Source: a virus. From it: a stretch of 64,000 nt of DNA. The position numbers and the translations under genes are program-made. Of this stretch, positions 49,348-58,551 are shown in pieces (the stretch's first letter is position 1; every line of letters begins with the position of its first letter). The stretch lies in the IMG/VR virus record IMGVR_UViG_3300025011_000038, positions 5,949-69,948 of that record; one strand, 5' to 3'. The notes under the pieces are model-generated. The model had not been told where the DNA came from. It did no database searches and saw only the letters and a list, made by a program, of their open reading frames with translations.

Positions 49348-50353
49348 TTTTGCTCACCGCCCAACCATTGCTCGATATGTCTAACACAGTCACTGATACA
49401 TTCATTAGTTGAAGCATAAACGCAAAAACTTCTTTCCCTTAACTTCTCGGCAATCCTCCGGCGTTCTTCCTTCGCCCCATCCTGCTTAATTCTCTCAACA
49501 AGTGCGGATAGTTCTTCTTTATAGTCGCTCACAATATTCCCCCTCAACACCCACTAATATCCACAAATCCACACCTCGCCCACTTCGGATGATCCATATT
49601 CGGTTCAAAATGTCGGCAAGGCTTAAATAAACCGTTCTTACACAGACAATTCTTCTCCTTCACTCTGCCCACCCCAACTTGCCGGGATGGTACTCAGACA
49701 AGCACCATCCGACATGAGGAGTTTTTCTTTTCTTCCGCTTTCTCACCGGCAAGCACCGCATTTTTTAAGGTACTGCCATACCCTATCAGCGTTCATTCCG
49801 TAGTCCTCAGCAATTGCTCTATGAGATTTTCCCTTATCGTGCAAGGTAAGAATCAACCGCTTTCGGTAGTCAGATAACTTAAAATGCTCGGTTAGACTAC
49901 CACCATTGCCGTATTCGCAGGCATAGTTATTTAGAAATTCGTTTATGTTAACGGTTAACCCTGCCTGTTTTGCCTTGCGGTCATTGGTGAGCAGACAGCG
50001 CATGAAGTGTTCTGCTTTTACCTGTTGCTCTGCGGTGAGGACTTTTTTATATGATGTGCTGTTTGTGTTTGCCATAAAATCAACTCCTAGTCAATAATCG
50101 TTATCTGAATTTTATCGGCAGGGATTATTTCTTTGATTACACTTTGAATACTATCAAGCAGTTCGTCTATAGAATCGTATTTATAAGTTGTTGCTCCGAG
50201 TCTTGTTGCTGAAACAAGTAAATATTTACTATCTAAGCGACATATAAAGTATATTTCATTTTCACTGAATACAATTAAATCCCCTACTCCTGGCTCATGC
50301 ACCTTTGATGCAACTCTAATATCTATAACAACAGCCATTTTCTCTACCTCCAC
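49344..50353 (-). CDS. Hypothetical proteins (49344..49550, 49743..50075 with C-terminal HTH, 50087..50353)
   Basis: 49743 ORF ends GKSHRAIAEDYGMNADRVWQYL (HTH). Confidence 0.65.
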
Positions 50354-50856
50354 AACTCCGTAATATTTACATACTCATTGCCCCGTTTCTGCCAAACCTG
50401 CTGATTTGCGCTGCCCCGAAATTTAAGTCCAATATCCCGCTGCGCCAAGATAAACGGACCATCCACAACATACTCAACGTGTCTGAGCATCATTAGTATA
50501 GCTGGAGTCATAACATATCCCGTATACAGCATAATATTAATGTCAGGACGTTCTCTTACAATCAACTCGTTAACGGCGTTCACATCGTCTATCTGGTCCA
50601 TTGGTTCTCCCCCAGACCATGTAATACCTGTGAGTAGTGGATCGTCCTCTAAATGTCCTAATATGATGCTTGCCAACGCTTTCGGACTAATGCAATACCC
50701 GGCATTTCTGTCGTGAGTTTGCGGATTGTGGCAACCTTCGCATCCGTGACCGCAGCCTTGAACGTATATTGGTATTCTCAATCCGGGACCATTAACTATA
50801 CTTGCCTCTGTCTGTATCGCGTTTATTTTCAAAATCTCTCCCTCCAAACACTTCAA
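50344..50856 (-). CDS. nrdG: Anaerobic ribonucleotide reductase activase (radical SAM)
   Basis: SIVNGPGLR..YVQGCGHGCEGCHNP, GITWSGGEP, VVDGPF, FRGSANQ. Confidence 0.92.
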   Translation of the reverse strand: MKCLEGEILKINAIQTEASIVNGPGLRIPIYVQGCGHGCEGCHNPQTHDRNAGYCISPKALASIILGHLEDDPLLTGITWSGGEPMDQIDDVNAVNELIVRERPDINIMLYTGYVMTPAILMMLRHVEYVVDGPFILAQRDIGLKFRGSANQQVWQKRGNEYVNITELWR

Positions 50857-50982
50857 TGATGGTAGTCTTAACCGTTAAAATATAGTCGGTGTAGCACCGG
50901 GAGCATTTTATTGTCGTTGCCCCCGGTGAGAACACATTGGCCTGATTTTTCTGACCGCATTTGCATGTCCATGTTTGGATCA

Positions 50983-51228
50983 TCAATAGCGACCTCTTTC
51001 GGAGTTTTTCACCACCACTTCGGCAAATATATATTCCACATTGACACCGTCACGCTCACGAATACGGAAATAAGTTTCGCAGGAGTGCATCAGATCCGCC
51101 ATTTCTATGTCAAGCTCATGGTCAGTCTTAGTTCTGACTACCTCATTTGCCTCCGAAACTGCGTGCATTGCCTGTTGAAAGTTACTGTTAGTATCGGCAA
51201 AACATATTTTAGGAAAATTATAGTTCAT
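50983..51228 (-). CDS. Small MazG-like protein
   Basis: HAVSEANEV...EMADLMHSCET...KNSERG pattern; start at MNYNFP. Confidence 0.6.
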   Translation of the reverse strand: MNYNFPKICFADTNSNFQQAMHAVSEANEVVRTKTDHELDIEMADLMHSCETYFRIRERDGVNVEYIFAEVVVKNSERGRY

Positions 51229-51830
51229 CTTTTTCCTCCTGCATCTTAACCAAATCAGCACGGATAACCTGTAACTGACTAATAACAACGTCTATTGATG
51301 CCACGTTATCGAAAATCATCTCAATTTGAGTATTCATATCCTCTATATCTAATCCAATATGATGCGGATTAGGCTGACCGATTGGATTACATTCCGTATC
51401 CTGAATTAAACAGAGTGTTGTGTTTATATCGCTATCAATTTTTCTGGCGGTACCTACAGCAATATCACCCTTGCCAAAAACGCAAACCTTTGTATCACCA
51501 TCGTTATATATCGGCATCTTTATCCTCCCATAACCCATAATTACCCGCCCGACACTGCCCAGCATAAAATATCGAATACTCGGAACATTCCCAAGCGTCT
51601 AGTATATTGACCTGCTTAAATTTACCGTACTTGCAGGTTGAGCATGATTTAACTATTGCATTTTTCTTGTCACAGTCAATGCTACAATAGAATTTCTTTC
51701 CAGAATTAATAATAGTGTTTATAAGCTCGGCATGTTCCTCATTGGTACAAACCCTACAAGAGTTTTGTTCTGCCGCTTCTCTACAAAACTTAGGCCAAGG
51801 TGCGCTTTCTAATTCTTCTAACCAATCCAT
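51218..51830 (-). CDS. Hypothetical proteins (51218..~51517, 51504..51830)
   Basis: Coupled ORFs. Confidence 0.6.
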
Positions 51831-52225
51831 TAATCAGTTACCTCCAACATAGGTTCCCATTTAGAACGTTTCTCACAATCAATACACGGTTTTTTTGTTA
51901 TCGGCCAACATGCGTACTTACAATTGTTGCAATACTTTTCTATCTCACCGTCTTGCATCTTTGGTTTATTCTCCTTACTCAACTCCACCCCACAAAGGAT
52001 ATGCGAGTAGTCCGAAACCTTCTTTAAATCGTCAAGGTTGCGAGTATGCTTAAACCTCAGAGCGTACTTAACCATATTGGTAATAGCAAAGTCCTCAAAT
52101 ATGCCGTTTGCCATTGCTATTTCAATTGCATCAATACCGCCATTCTCTCTAATTTTTACATAGTGTTGCGAACCTACTGTTTGGCAGAAATTTTTTCCTA
52201 GTTCTCTTATTTCGTGTATATTCAT
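51830..52225 (-). CDS. DUF3310-like protein
   Basis: GSQHY...IDAIE...NMVKYALRF...DDLKK motif. Confidence 0.7.
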   Translation of the reverse strand: MNIHEIRELGKNFCQTVGSQHYVKIRENGGIDAIEIAMANGIFEDFAITNMVKYALRFKHTRNLDDLKKVSDYSHILCGVELSKENKPKMQDGEIEKYCNNCKYACWPITKKPCIDCEKRSKWEPMLEVTD

Positions 52226-52692
52226 TATTCCAACATCCCTTCGTCTGGATTTTCTATGATAACGGCATCCTGTTTGTACTGCTCGACTTTAACCCCACAC
52301 TTACGGAGGTAGTCAACTCCGTCATTAAACTCATGTTCATCCCGGTAAACTACCTTCTGTATTCCTGCCTCAACAATCAGAATAGAGCAGTCAAGGCATG
52401 GCTTATATGTGCAATACATCGTTGCCCAATCTGTCTGAAAACCGAATTGCGCTGCCTTCAAGATAACTGCTTTCTCGGCATGAATGACCGGACATTCACC
52501 ATTCCATTGTCCAGGTTGCTTACCTTCTCTCAGACAGTTTTTGCAGAATCCTTCTTCTACTCCTTCCGGTAAGTGATTAAATCCCTGTACGTGTCTTGCA
52601 AATCCTCCCTTAACAATAACAGCACCAGTCTGTTTGCGGCTGCAGTCAGAGGACTTTGCCACACGTTCAGCTAATTCCATATAATCAACCAT
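52225..52692 (-). CDS. dCMP deaminase
   Basis: SDC.RKQTGAVIV, GFN, IHAE, TYKPCLDC. Confidence 0.92.
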   Translation of the reverse strand: MVDYMELAERVAKSSDCSRKQTGAVIVKGGFARHVQGFNHLPEGVEEGFCKNCLREGKQPGQWNGECPVIHAEKAVILKAAQFGFQTDWATMYCTYKPCLDCSILIVEAGIQKVVYRDEHEFNDGVDYLRKCGVKVEQYKQDAVIIENPDEGMLE

Positions 52693-52707
52693 TTAATTAG
52701 CCTCCAA

Positions 52708-53538
52708 TCATACCGCTACAGGTATGTTTTTTATTTGCGGACAACAAAAGTAATCTTGTAGCATGAAGTCCTCAACTTTAAAGTCATAGAAATTTCTTAC
52801 TTTAGGATTAACTCTCAATGTAGGTGCTAGGTAAGTTTCCCTCTTTATTAAACCTTTAACTGTATCAATATGCCTGTCGTAGATATGAGCATCAGCAATG
52901 ACATGAACAAACTCTCCAGGCTTTAAACCTACTGACTGAGCAAACATTAATACGACAATTGCATGATGGCACACATCCCAATTATTAGCTACCAGTACAT
53001 CCTGCGATCTCTGACTTAGTATGGCATTTAGTTTATCTCCAACAACATTAAAGGTCATGTTATAGCAACAAGGATATAAATTCATTTCGTGTAGATCATG
53101 GTGATTATACATATTAGTAATAATTCTTCTGCTGTATGGGTTATTTTTTAAGTCAAAGATAACCCTATCGACCTGATCCATTTCACCTTCGGCATATTTG
53201 TGTTTAACACCTAACTGATAGCCGTAAGTTTTTCCTATTGAACCGTTCTTATCTGCCCAACTATCCCAAATGCGACTATTAAGTTCGTTGATATTGTTGG
53301 ACTTTTTCTGCCACATCCATAAAACCTCGTCAATAACGGCTTTCAAGTTAGTCGGCCTGAGTGTCATAATCGGAAATTCCTCCGCAAGATTATAGCGGTT
53401 AACAACTCCGAAACGCTTAATTGTATGTGCCGGTGTCCCGTCCTCCCACTTTGCCCTTACTACTTGACCTTCTGAGGACTCGCCGTTTTCTAAAATATCC
53501 TGGCACATTGAAATGAAAATTTCATCTGCTTTACTAAT
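52708..53538 (-). CDS. thyA: Thymidylate synthase (probable ATT start)
   Basis: IWDSWAD..GSIGKTYGYQ, NPYSRRI, MNLYPC, QRSQD, DAHIYDRH. Confidence 0.95.
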   Translation of the reverse strand: MSKADEIFISMCQDILENGESSEGQVVRAKWEDGTPAHTIKRFGVVNRYNLAEEFPIMTLRPTNLKAVIDEVLWMWQKKSNNINELNSRIWDSWADKNGSIGKTYGYQLGVKHKYAEGEMDQVDRVIFDLKNNPYSRRIITNMYNHHDLHEMNLYPCCYNMTFNVVGDKLNAILSQRSQDVLVANNWDVCHHAIVVLMFAQSVGLKPGEFVHVIADAHIYDRHIDTVKGLIKRETYLAPTLRVNPKVRNFYDFKVEDFMLQDYFCCPQIKNIPVAV

Positions 53539-53584
53539 TGTAATTCATCCCCTTCTCAACACATATTATACCGCATACGGTAGA

Positions 53585-54460
53585 TTACCGCCTTAAAAAC
53601 AACCTAACTCTAGCGCAAAACCTTCTCCACAATCCACGCCTAACATGTTCCTGCTCTGCTCTCAACGCAGTAACCGAACATTCGATTTCATCCAATTTCT
53701 TATTCAGAAATGCAATGTCGCGTTGAAGTATTCTCCCGTTATCCGTTGCCGTTGATGTGTCGTTTATTAGCGTTTTGAATAGAACGGCATAACCATCAAG
53801 TCTATGAGAAATATTAGAACTGGAAACAATATGCTCGGAAATTATCTTAAGTAAGGTTTCGTTATCGCGCTCCAGTTTTCTAATCCTCGCCCCGGTTCTC
53901 CCCACCCCTTAACACCTCCAAACTCTTAGCAATATGGCAACTCCAATTATTTCTGCCGAATCTAACATACACATTACTATCGGCATAAATCGACCTGACT
54001 TCGCCAACCTTGCCCTTGTTCCGACCACGCTTAGGAATAACATTATCATTAACTTTTACGTCCATGCGCCCACACATGGCCTTTCAAATAATACCTGTCC
54101 ACCGATAATATCAACCTTCAATAGCGGATTAGCGAAACATTCCTCCATCAACTTTTCCTCCGATACCTTACTTTTGCGCTTTTTCACCACTACCGCCGAT
54201 TCATCCACTACTTTAGGTTGCTTGGCTTTCTTGGTAGCGGAACTTTTTCCGGTAAACCTTGGTACCTCTACCTTCTGCCGACCTGGAGTAGTTTTGCACT
54301 TACTTAGAATTATTCCGGCATCTTTGGCGAATAATCTTATCTGCACACCGCTTAATCGCAACTCCTTAGCGATCTCAGTTATCGGAATTTTTCCGGAATT
54401 CTCGGTCATATATTTTATTTCGTCTGCCGTTAATATTCTCCTAATATTGTTAGCTGGCAT
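53585..54460 (-). CDS. Hypothetical proteins (53585..53905, 53880..54077 KOW-like, 54056..54460 HTH-like)
   Basis: Coupled ORFs. Confidence 0.6.
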
Positions 54461-54675
54461 ATCAAACCTCCATAATCAACCTTTAACCCTCTCAAACCGA
54501 TAATTATTTATCCTTACCAAATAATTTACCTAACTGCTTAAACATGCCCTCGCTACTAAATTCTAGCTTGCCACCACCTAAGCAGATAATTGTTACGATA
54601 ATCCAAGGGAACGAAACTAATAAAGACGTAGCCCAAAATGCTAGTTTTTCAAACACCTTTATCTACCTCCTAAAT

Positions 54676-54924
54676 TTAATCTACCCTCTCAAACCTATAA
54701 TTACAGCACCCCGGCACACTAACAACCATATTGGCACGTTCCAGATAAATCCTATCCACGGTATCCATAAACATTTCAAGCGGTCTAACCCATACCTTGC
54801 CATCACGCAGATACACAACCATCTGTTTGCCTGTTTCTGTATGAGTTGCATTTGCGGTAAATACTGTATATTTATTGCCCTTAAAGTGTTGCCATACTTC
54901 GCCTACTTGCGGTTTATTTCTCAT
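54676..54924 (-). CDS. DUF1653 family protein
   Basis: WQHFKGNKY...HTETGKQMVVY...WVRPLEMF. Confidence 0.9.
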   Translation of the reverse strand: MRNKPQVGEVWQHFKGNKYTVFTANATHTETGKQMVVYLRDGKVWVRPLEMFMDTVDRIYLERANMVVSVPGCCNYRFERVD

Positions 54925-54937
54925 TGTTTACACCCCT

Positions 54938-55404
54938 TTAAACAGCATTTATTTTACCTGTCCCATTACACGAATTACAGGGGTAGTATGTGCCTTCATC
55001 CTCTGCGCAAGATCGTTTCTTAACCTCTCCCTTACCATTGCATGTGCCACATATAACGGTAAGTTCATTATATATTTTTTCTAAACTAGAAACCGTTACA
55101 TTTATTTCATCTATACGATTCTGCCTTAATTTTACTTCTCCAGAAAGTATGTCTTTCTCTTTGTTAAGCAAATTAATAATTTCTTTTATCTCCATAGCCC
55201 TCACCCTATTTCCTTATAGTTAATTACTTTACCTAGTCTTATTTGATCTTCCATGTCCTGCAACGCTTTTGCATGACTATCGAATTTACACAGACAAATA
55301 TGACCTTTAGTTAGATTCACAAATGAATATTTGCCCGTATTTTTGTGCAGCATTATTGCAACTTCAACTGTATCTTTTGGTCTTGTCACTAAGTACCTTT
55401 TCAT
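54938..55404 (-). CDS. Hypothetical proteins (54938..55204 with DnaJ-like CxxCxGxG motifs, 55201..55404)
   Basis: CGTCNGKG / CNSCNGTG. Confidence 0.65.
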
Positions 55405-55519
55405 GTCTACATCACCTCTTCAACGCCCTTTCGCAACAGCAGGATAAATTATATGTCCTGCAATTTTAAGTCGCTGTACGGGCTTAATTTTGGCGTTTCC
55501 GTTTATTTTAGCTAATCAG

Positions 55520-55840
55520 TCAATCCTCCATTTTTATAATCTCCGCAACAGTCGCCAGAAACTGACTTGTCATAGGTTTGGTTATGATGTTATTAGGAAA
55601 TATATCGCAATACCTGACGGTCCCGTTTTCCTGCGTTTTGTGAATTGTGTGACGGATTGACCTTTCAACACGTTTTCCGGTTGTGCTGTGCTGCTCTGCC
55701 ACCTTTTCGTACAACTCACACCAACGTACGGAGTTCGGAATTTTGGTTAACTCCAAAATAGCTGTTCTTGCGTACTTGAATCCGTCCATTTGTGGGGGTA
55801 CTCCTATGTCAAGTAGGAGTTTTGTTGTTCTGTTTTTCAT
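55520..55840 (-). CDS. Stand-alone Spo0A C-terminal DNA-binding domain protein
   Basis: LLDIGVPPQMDGFKY.RTAI...LYEKVAEQHSTTGKRVERSIRHTI...KPMTSQFLATVAE. Confidence 0.9.
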   Translation of the reverse strand: MKNRTTKLLLDIGVPPQMDGFKYARTAILELTKIPNSVRWCELYEKVAEQHSTTGKRVERSIRHTIHKTQENGTVRYCDIFPNNIITKPMTSQFLATVAEIIKMED

Positions 55841-55841
55841 G

Positions 55842-57242
55842 TTAACTCTCCTTTCCTATGTTAACTATCTGGCTAAATATCCAATCGGCTATATTCATCA
55901 CAAGTGAGTTGCCGATTGCCTTATATCTTGCCGTGTCGGATGCACCGGTTATATCAGTCCAACCGTCAGGCATACTCATCAGTCTTTCACACTCAATCGG
56001 CATTAGTCGGCGGACAGCATAACCCTGCTTTACAAGGGTTTTACTGCCGCCCCCACAGTCACCATAAAACGATCTCAGGGTTGCTGCTCCACCCTCAGAA
56101 TAAACACCGTGACCGACAAGAGGAAAACTATTAACTATACACAAATCAGTCTTATTCCCCTGCCCTGCCGGTCTATTGGTCCCCGCTCCGCTTGCGCAAA
56201 TAGTTCCTGCTACTTTGGGGTGCATTACACATTGTGTCGCTCGATCGGTATCAAGCGCACCTGTCACTTGACCATGAACGGGGTCTTGTCTGCCGTTAAA
56301 AGCTATTGGTTTTTGATGTAGGATATTAAACGCTGGGTAACCTCTCTCGCCACCACCCCGTAAAGCAGGACTTATACCGCCAGGAGAAACAATCCGATTT
56401 CCTTGACCATCCCAGGGAGTTAGGCAACCGTCGCCGATAGGTAGTAAATATAATCCTGTTTTTGCTCCACCACCCCCGCCACCAGATTTTAATGTGCAGC
56501 TTTTCCTTGCATTTATAGTTACTCTATCTGAGCATTGTTCAAGATTAACTGTTGTCTCAACGCTATCTCCAACACTTCCGGCAACTTCTTCCCTCGCTTC
56601 TCCGCTCTCCGCAAAATGCCTTGACACGCTTTCGCGCTCAAAAAGTATTTCTCCGGCACGTTGACCTCTAAAATCTGCGACAAGAAAGATTCTCTTACGA
56701 CGCTGGGCGACTCCCCAGTATTGCGCATCACAGACTCGCCAAGCAACACTATACCCATCCCCTCTGACCATTCCGGCATTTGCCCACTTTCCAGACTTAG
56801 GCATTGGAATTTCGGACGCTGTGATTTCTTCAAGCACGGTTCTAAAATCCTGTCCTTTGTTACTGCTAAATGCCCCTGGTACATTCTCCCATATTGCATA
56901 TCTTGGATATTCGCCATTCGTAACGAACCTCATTTCTCTTATTATCCGTATTGCCTGACTGAATAACCCTGAGCGTTCTCCTGCCATGCCCTCGCGCTTA
57001 CCTGCTACTGACAGGTCTTGGCATGGGCTGCCGAATGTTATTATGTCAACAGGTTTAATCTCTGCCCCATTTATTAGGCATACATCACCCAAATGCTCCA
57101 TATTAGGGAAATGATATTTACTTACCTCCATCGGGAACTTTTCTATCTCACTGGCCCAAACAGGAGTTATACCATTTAGTGTTGCAGCCAAAGGAAACAT
57201 TGCCACACCGTCAAACAGCGAACCCATTGTAAATTGTTTCAA
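55842..57242 (-). CDS. DNA cytosine-5 methyltransferase
   Basis: GSLFDG, GSPCQDLS, WENVPG, QRRKRIF, RRLMPIECERL, YKAIGNS; TTG start after GGAGGT. Confidence 0.95.
   Translation of the reverse strand: MKQFTMGSLFDGVAMFPLAATLNGITPVWASEIEKFPMEVSKYHFPNMEHLGDVCLINGAEIKPVDIITFGSPCQDLSVAGKREGMAGERSGLFSQAIRIIREMRFVTNGEYPRYAIWENVPGAFSSNKGQDFRTVLEEITASEIPMPKSGKWANAGMVRGDGYSVAWRVCDAQYWGVAQRRKRIFLVADFRGQRAGEILFERESVSRHFAESGEAREEVAGSVGDSVETTVNLEQCSDRVTINARKSCTLKSGGGGGGAKTGLYLLPIGDGCLTPWDGQGNRIVSPGGISPALRGGGERGYPAFNILHQKPIAFNGRQDPVHGQVTGALDTDRATQCVMHPKVAGTICASGAGTNRPAGQGNKTDLCIVNSFPLVGHGVYSEGGAATLRSFYGDCGGGSKTLVKQGYAVRRLMPIECERLMSMPDGWTDITGASDTARYKAIGNSLVMNIADWIFSQIVNIGKES
56519..56917 (-). CDS. Overlapping alternative-frame polypeptide inside the methylase (beta-subunit-like)
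   Basis: LSQILE.NVPEKYFLS.KACQGILRRAEKRGK.LP motif in a second frame. Confidence 0.6.
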   Translation of the reverse strand: MANIQDMQYGRMYQGHLAVTKDRILEPCLKKSQRPKFQCLSLESGQMPEWSEGMGIVLLGESVMRNTGESPSVVRESFLSQILEVNVPEKYFLSAKACQGILRRAEKRGKKLPEVLEIALRQQLILNNAQIE

Positions 57243-57665
57243 TTCACTACCTCCACCGCTGCCCGACATAACCCCGGCGACATTCCCCAGTCACTTAGCC
57301 TAACGCCGTGAATATCGACCTGCTTATTGCCGTACTTGCGGTTAAATTCAACCCGGTTATCATTATTCGGCAGAACTATGACAAATTTCGGCTGCTTCTG
57401 TTTGCGTTTTTGTTTCGGCATTGGTAGTAACCTCCTTTTTTCTTTCCCAAATCAATCGACCTGCAGGACAATCAACGATAAACTTATCGACATACTTTCC
57501 TGCCTCGGCATCCATGTAAGACATTGTTGCGGCAAGCACTTCTTGTGTTCTGTTATTACTTTTGTCTGTGGAGAATTTTCCTGTCTTGTCCGTCTTGCCG
57601 ATGTATATTTGATTAGTTAACGGACTGCTGAGAATTCTTATCTTATCCCAATTAATTCCCATCAT
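57239..57665 (-). CDS. Hypothetical proteins (57239..57421, 57363..57665)
   Basis: Coupled ORFs with RBS. Confidence 0.6.
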
Positions 57666-57708
57666 TCTACCTCCTAAAGTTATTCTCTACCTCATGCGGT
57701 AGGTGAAA

Positions 57709-58110
57709 TCATAGATAATAGTTTTCGATGATGTATTGAACGGCATCTTCCATTAACAGGAAATGTCTAGTCGTATATTCCAGCACCCAAAATGCGTTTT
57801 TATAGGCAACGCGACTGCCCCAAGTTATTACTGGCTTACCAAATATCCCTGCTGCGGTAATCTCGCTTACGGAACTCAAAGACGGTTCTGGATGGTCTAA
57901 TTCGGCAAGCATTACATGAGAGTTTTTAAGTTGAAACATATTGCTATGCTGAATTTCTCTCGGATTGGGATCTAGTATTGTATTTACCGGACTTAACACG
58001 CGAAAACCTGAGAAAGTCAACATATCGGTTGCTTCTCTGCGCCATTTGCTCATTTCCTCTAGGGATAAACCCGTCATTTTGCCTATCATGTATACTGTTG
58101 GTTTCATCAA
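57709..58110 (-). CDS. Nucleoside 2-deoxyribosyltransferase-like protein
   Basis: VYMIGKMTG...WR...VLSP...SEITAA..GKPVI. Confidence 0.7.
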   Translation of the reverse strand: MMKPTVYMIGKMTGLSLEEMSKWRREATDMLTFSGFRVLSPVNTILDPNPREIQHSNMFQLKNSHVMLAELDHPEPSLSSVSEITAAGIFGKPVITWGSRVAYKNAFWVLEYTTRHFLLMEDAVQYIIENYYL

Positions 58111-58508
58111 TTAACCCCCTGCTCATAAGTTTTCTTAACCATTTCTAAAAACTTTTCGGCGGCGCGAAGTCTCTTACTTAAATCCTTTACTATTTTCTCT
58201 GCTTCGCTTACTTCATACTTTCTTACGCGACACAAGCCACTTCCAACATAAAAACCTTTGGCAGCAATACCCTTCTTTACCCCAAAACCTCTAGCGATAT
58301 TGTATGTCGGTATTTGTTCTGCCGCTATACCGAAAGCGTCTTTGTATGGGGTCCCTGATACTACTTTAGGCATGTTGTAGCTACCGATAACGATTATATC
58401 TCCCTGCTTAAATCTTTCATGTAGCGGCACAAAACACTTCTCCGCTTCTTCCGGTGTATCATATTCTGCGCTACATACTGGACAGTGGTATTTTACTATT
58501 GGTTGCAT
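58107..58508 (-). CDS. Hypothetical Zn-finger protein
   Basis: Likely start MQPIVKYHCPVC after GGAGG. Confidence 0.6.
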   Translation of the reverse strand: MQPIVKYHCPVCSAEYDTPEEAEKCFVPLHERFKQGDIIVIGSYNMPKVVSGTPYKDAFGIAAEQIPTYNIARGFGVKKGIAAKGFYVGSGLCRVRKYEVSEAEKIVKDLSKRLRAAEKFLEMVKKTYEQGVN

Positions 58509-58551
58509 TGTTGACCTCCTATATTTGTTATTTTCTACCGCATAAGGTAGG

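Noticed and set aside
53934-55023. Long plus-strand ORFs 53934..54503 and 54544..55023
   Set aside because: Antisense to recognisable minus-strand genes in a uniformly leftward operon
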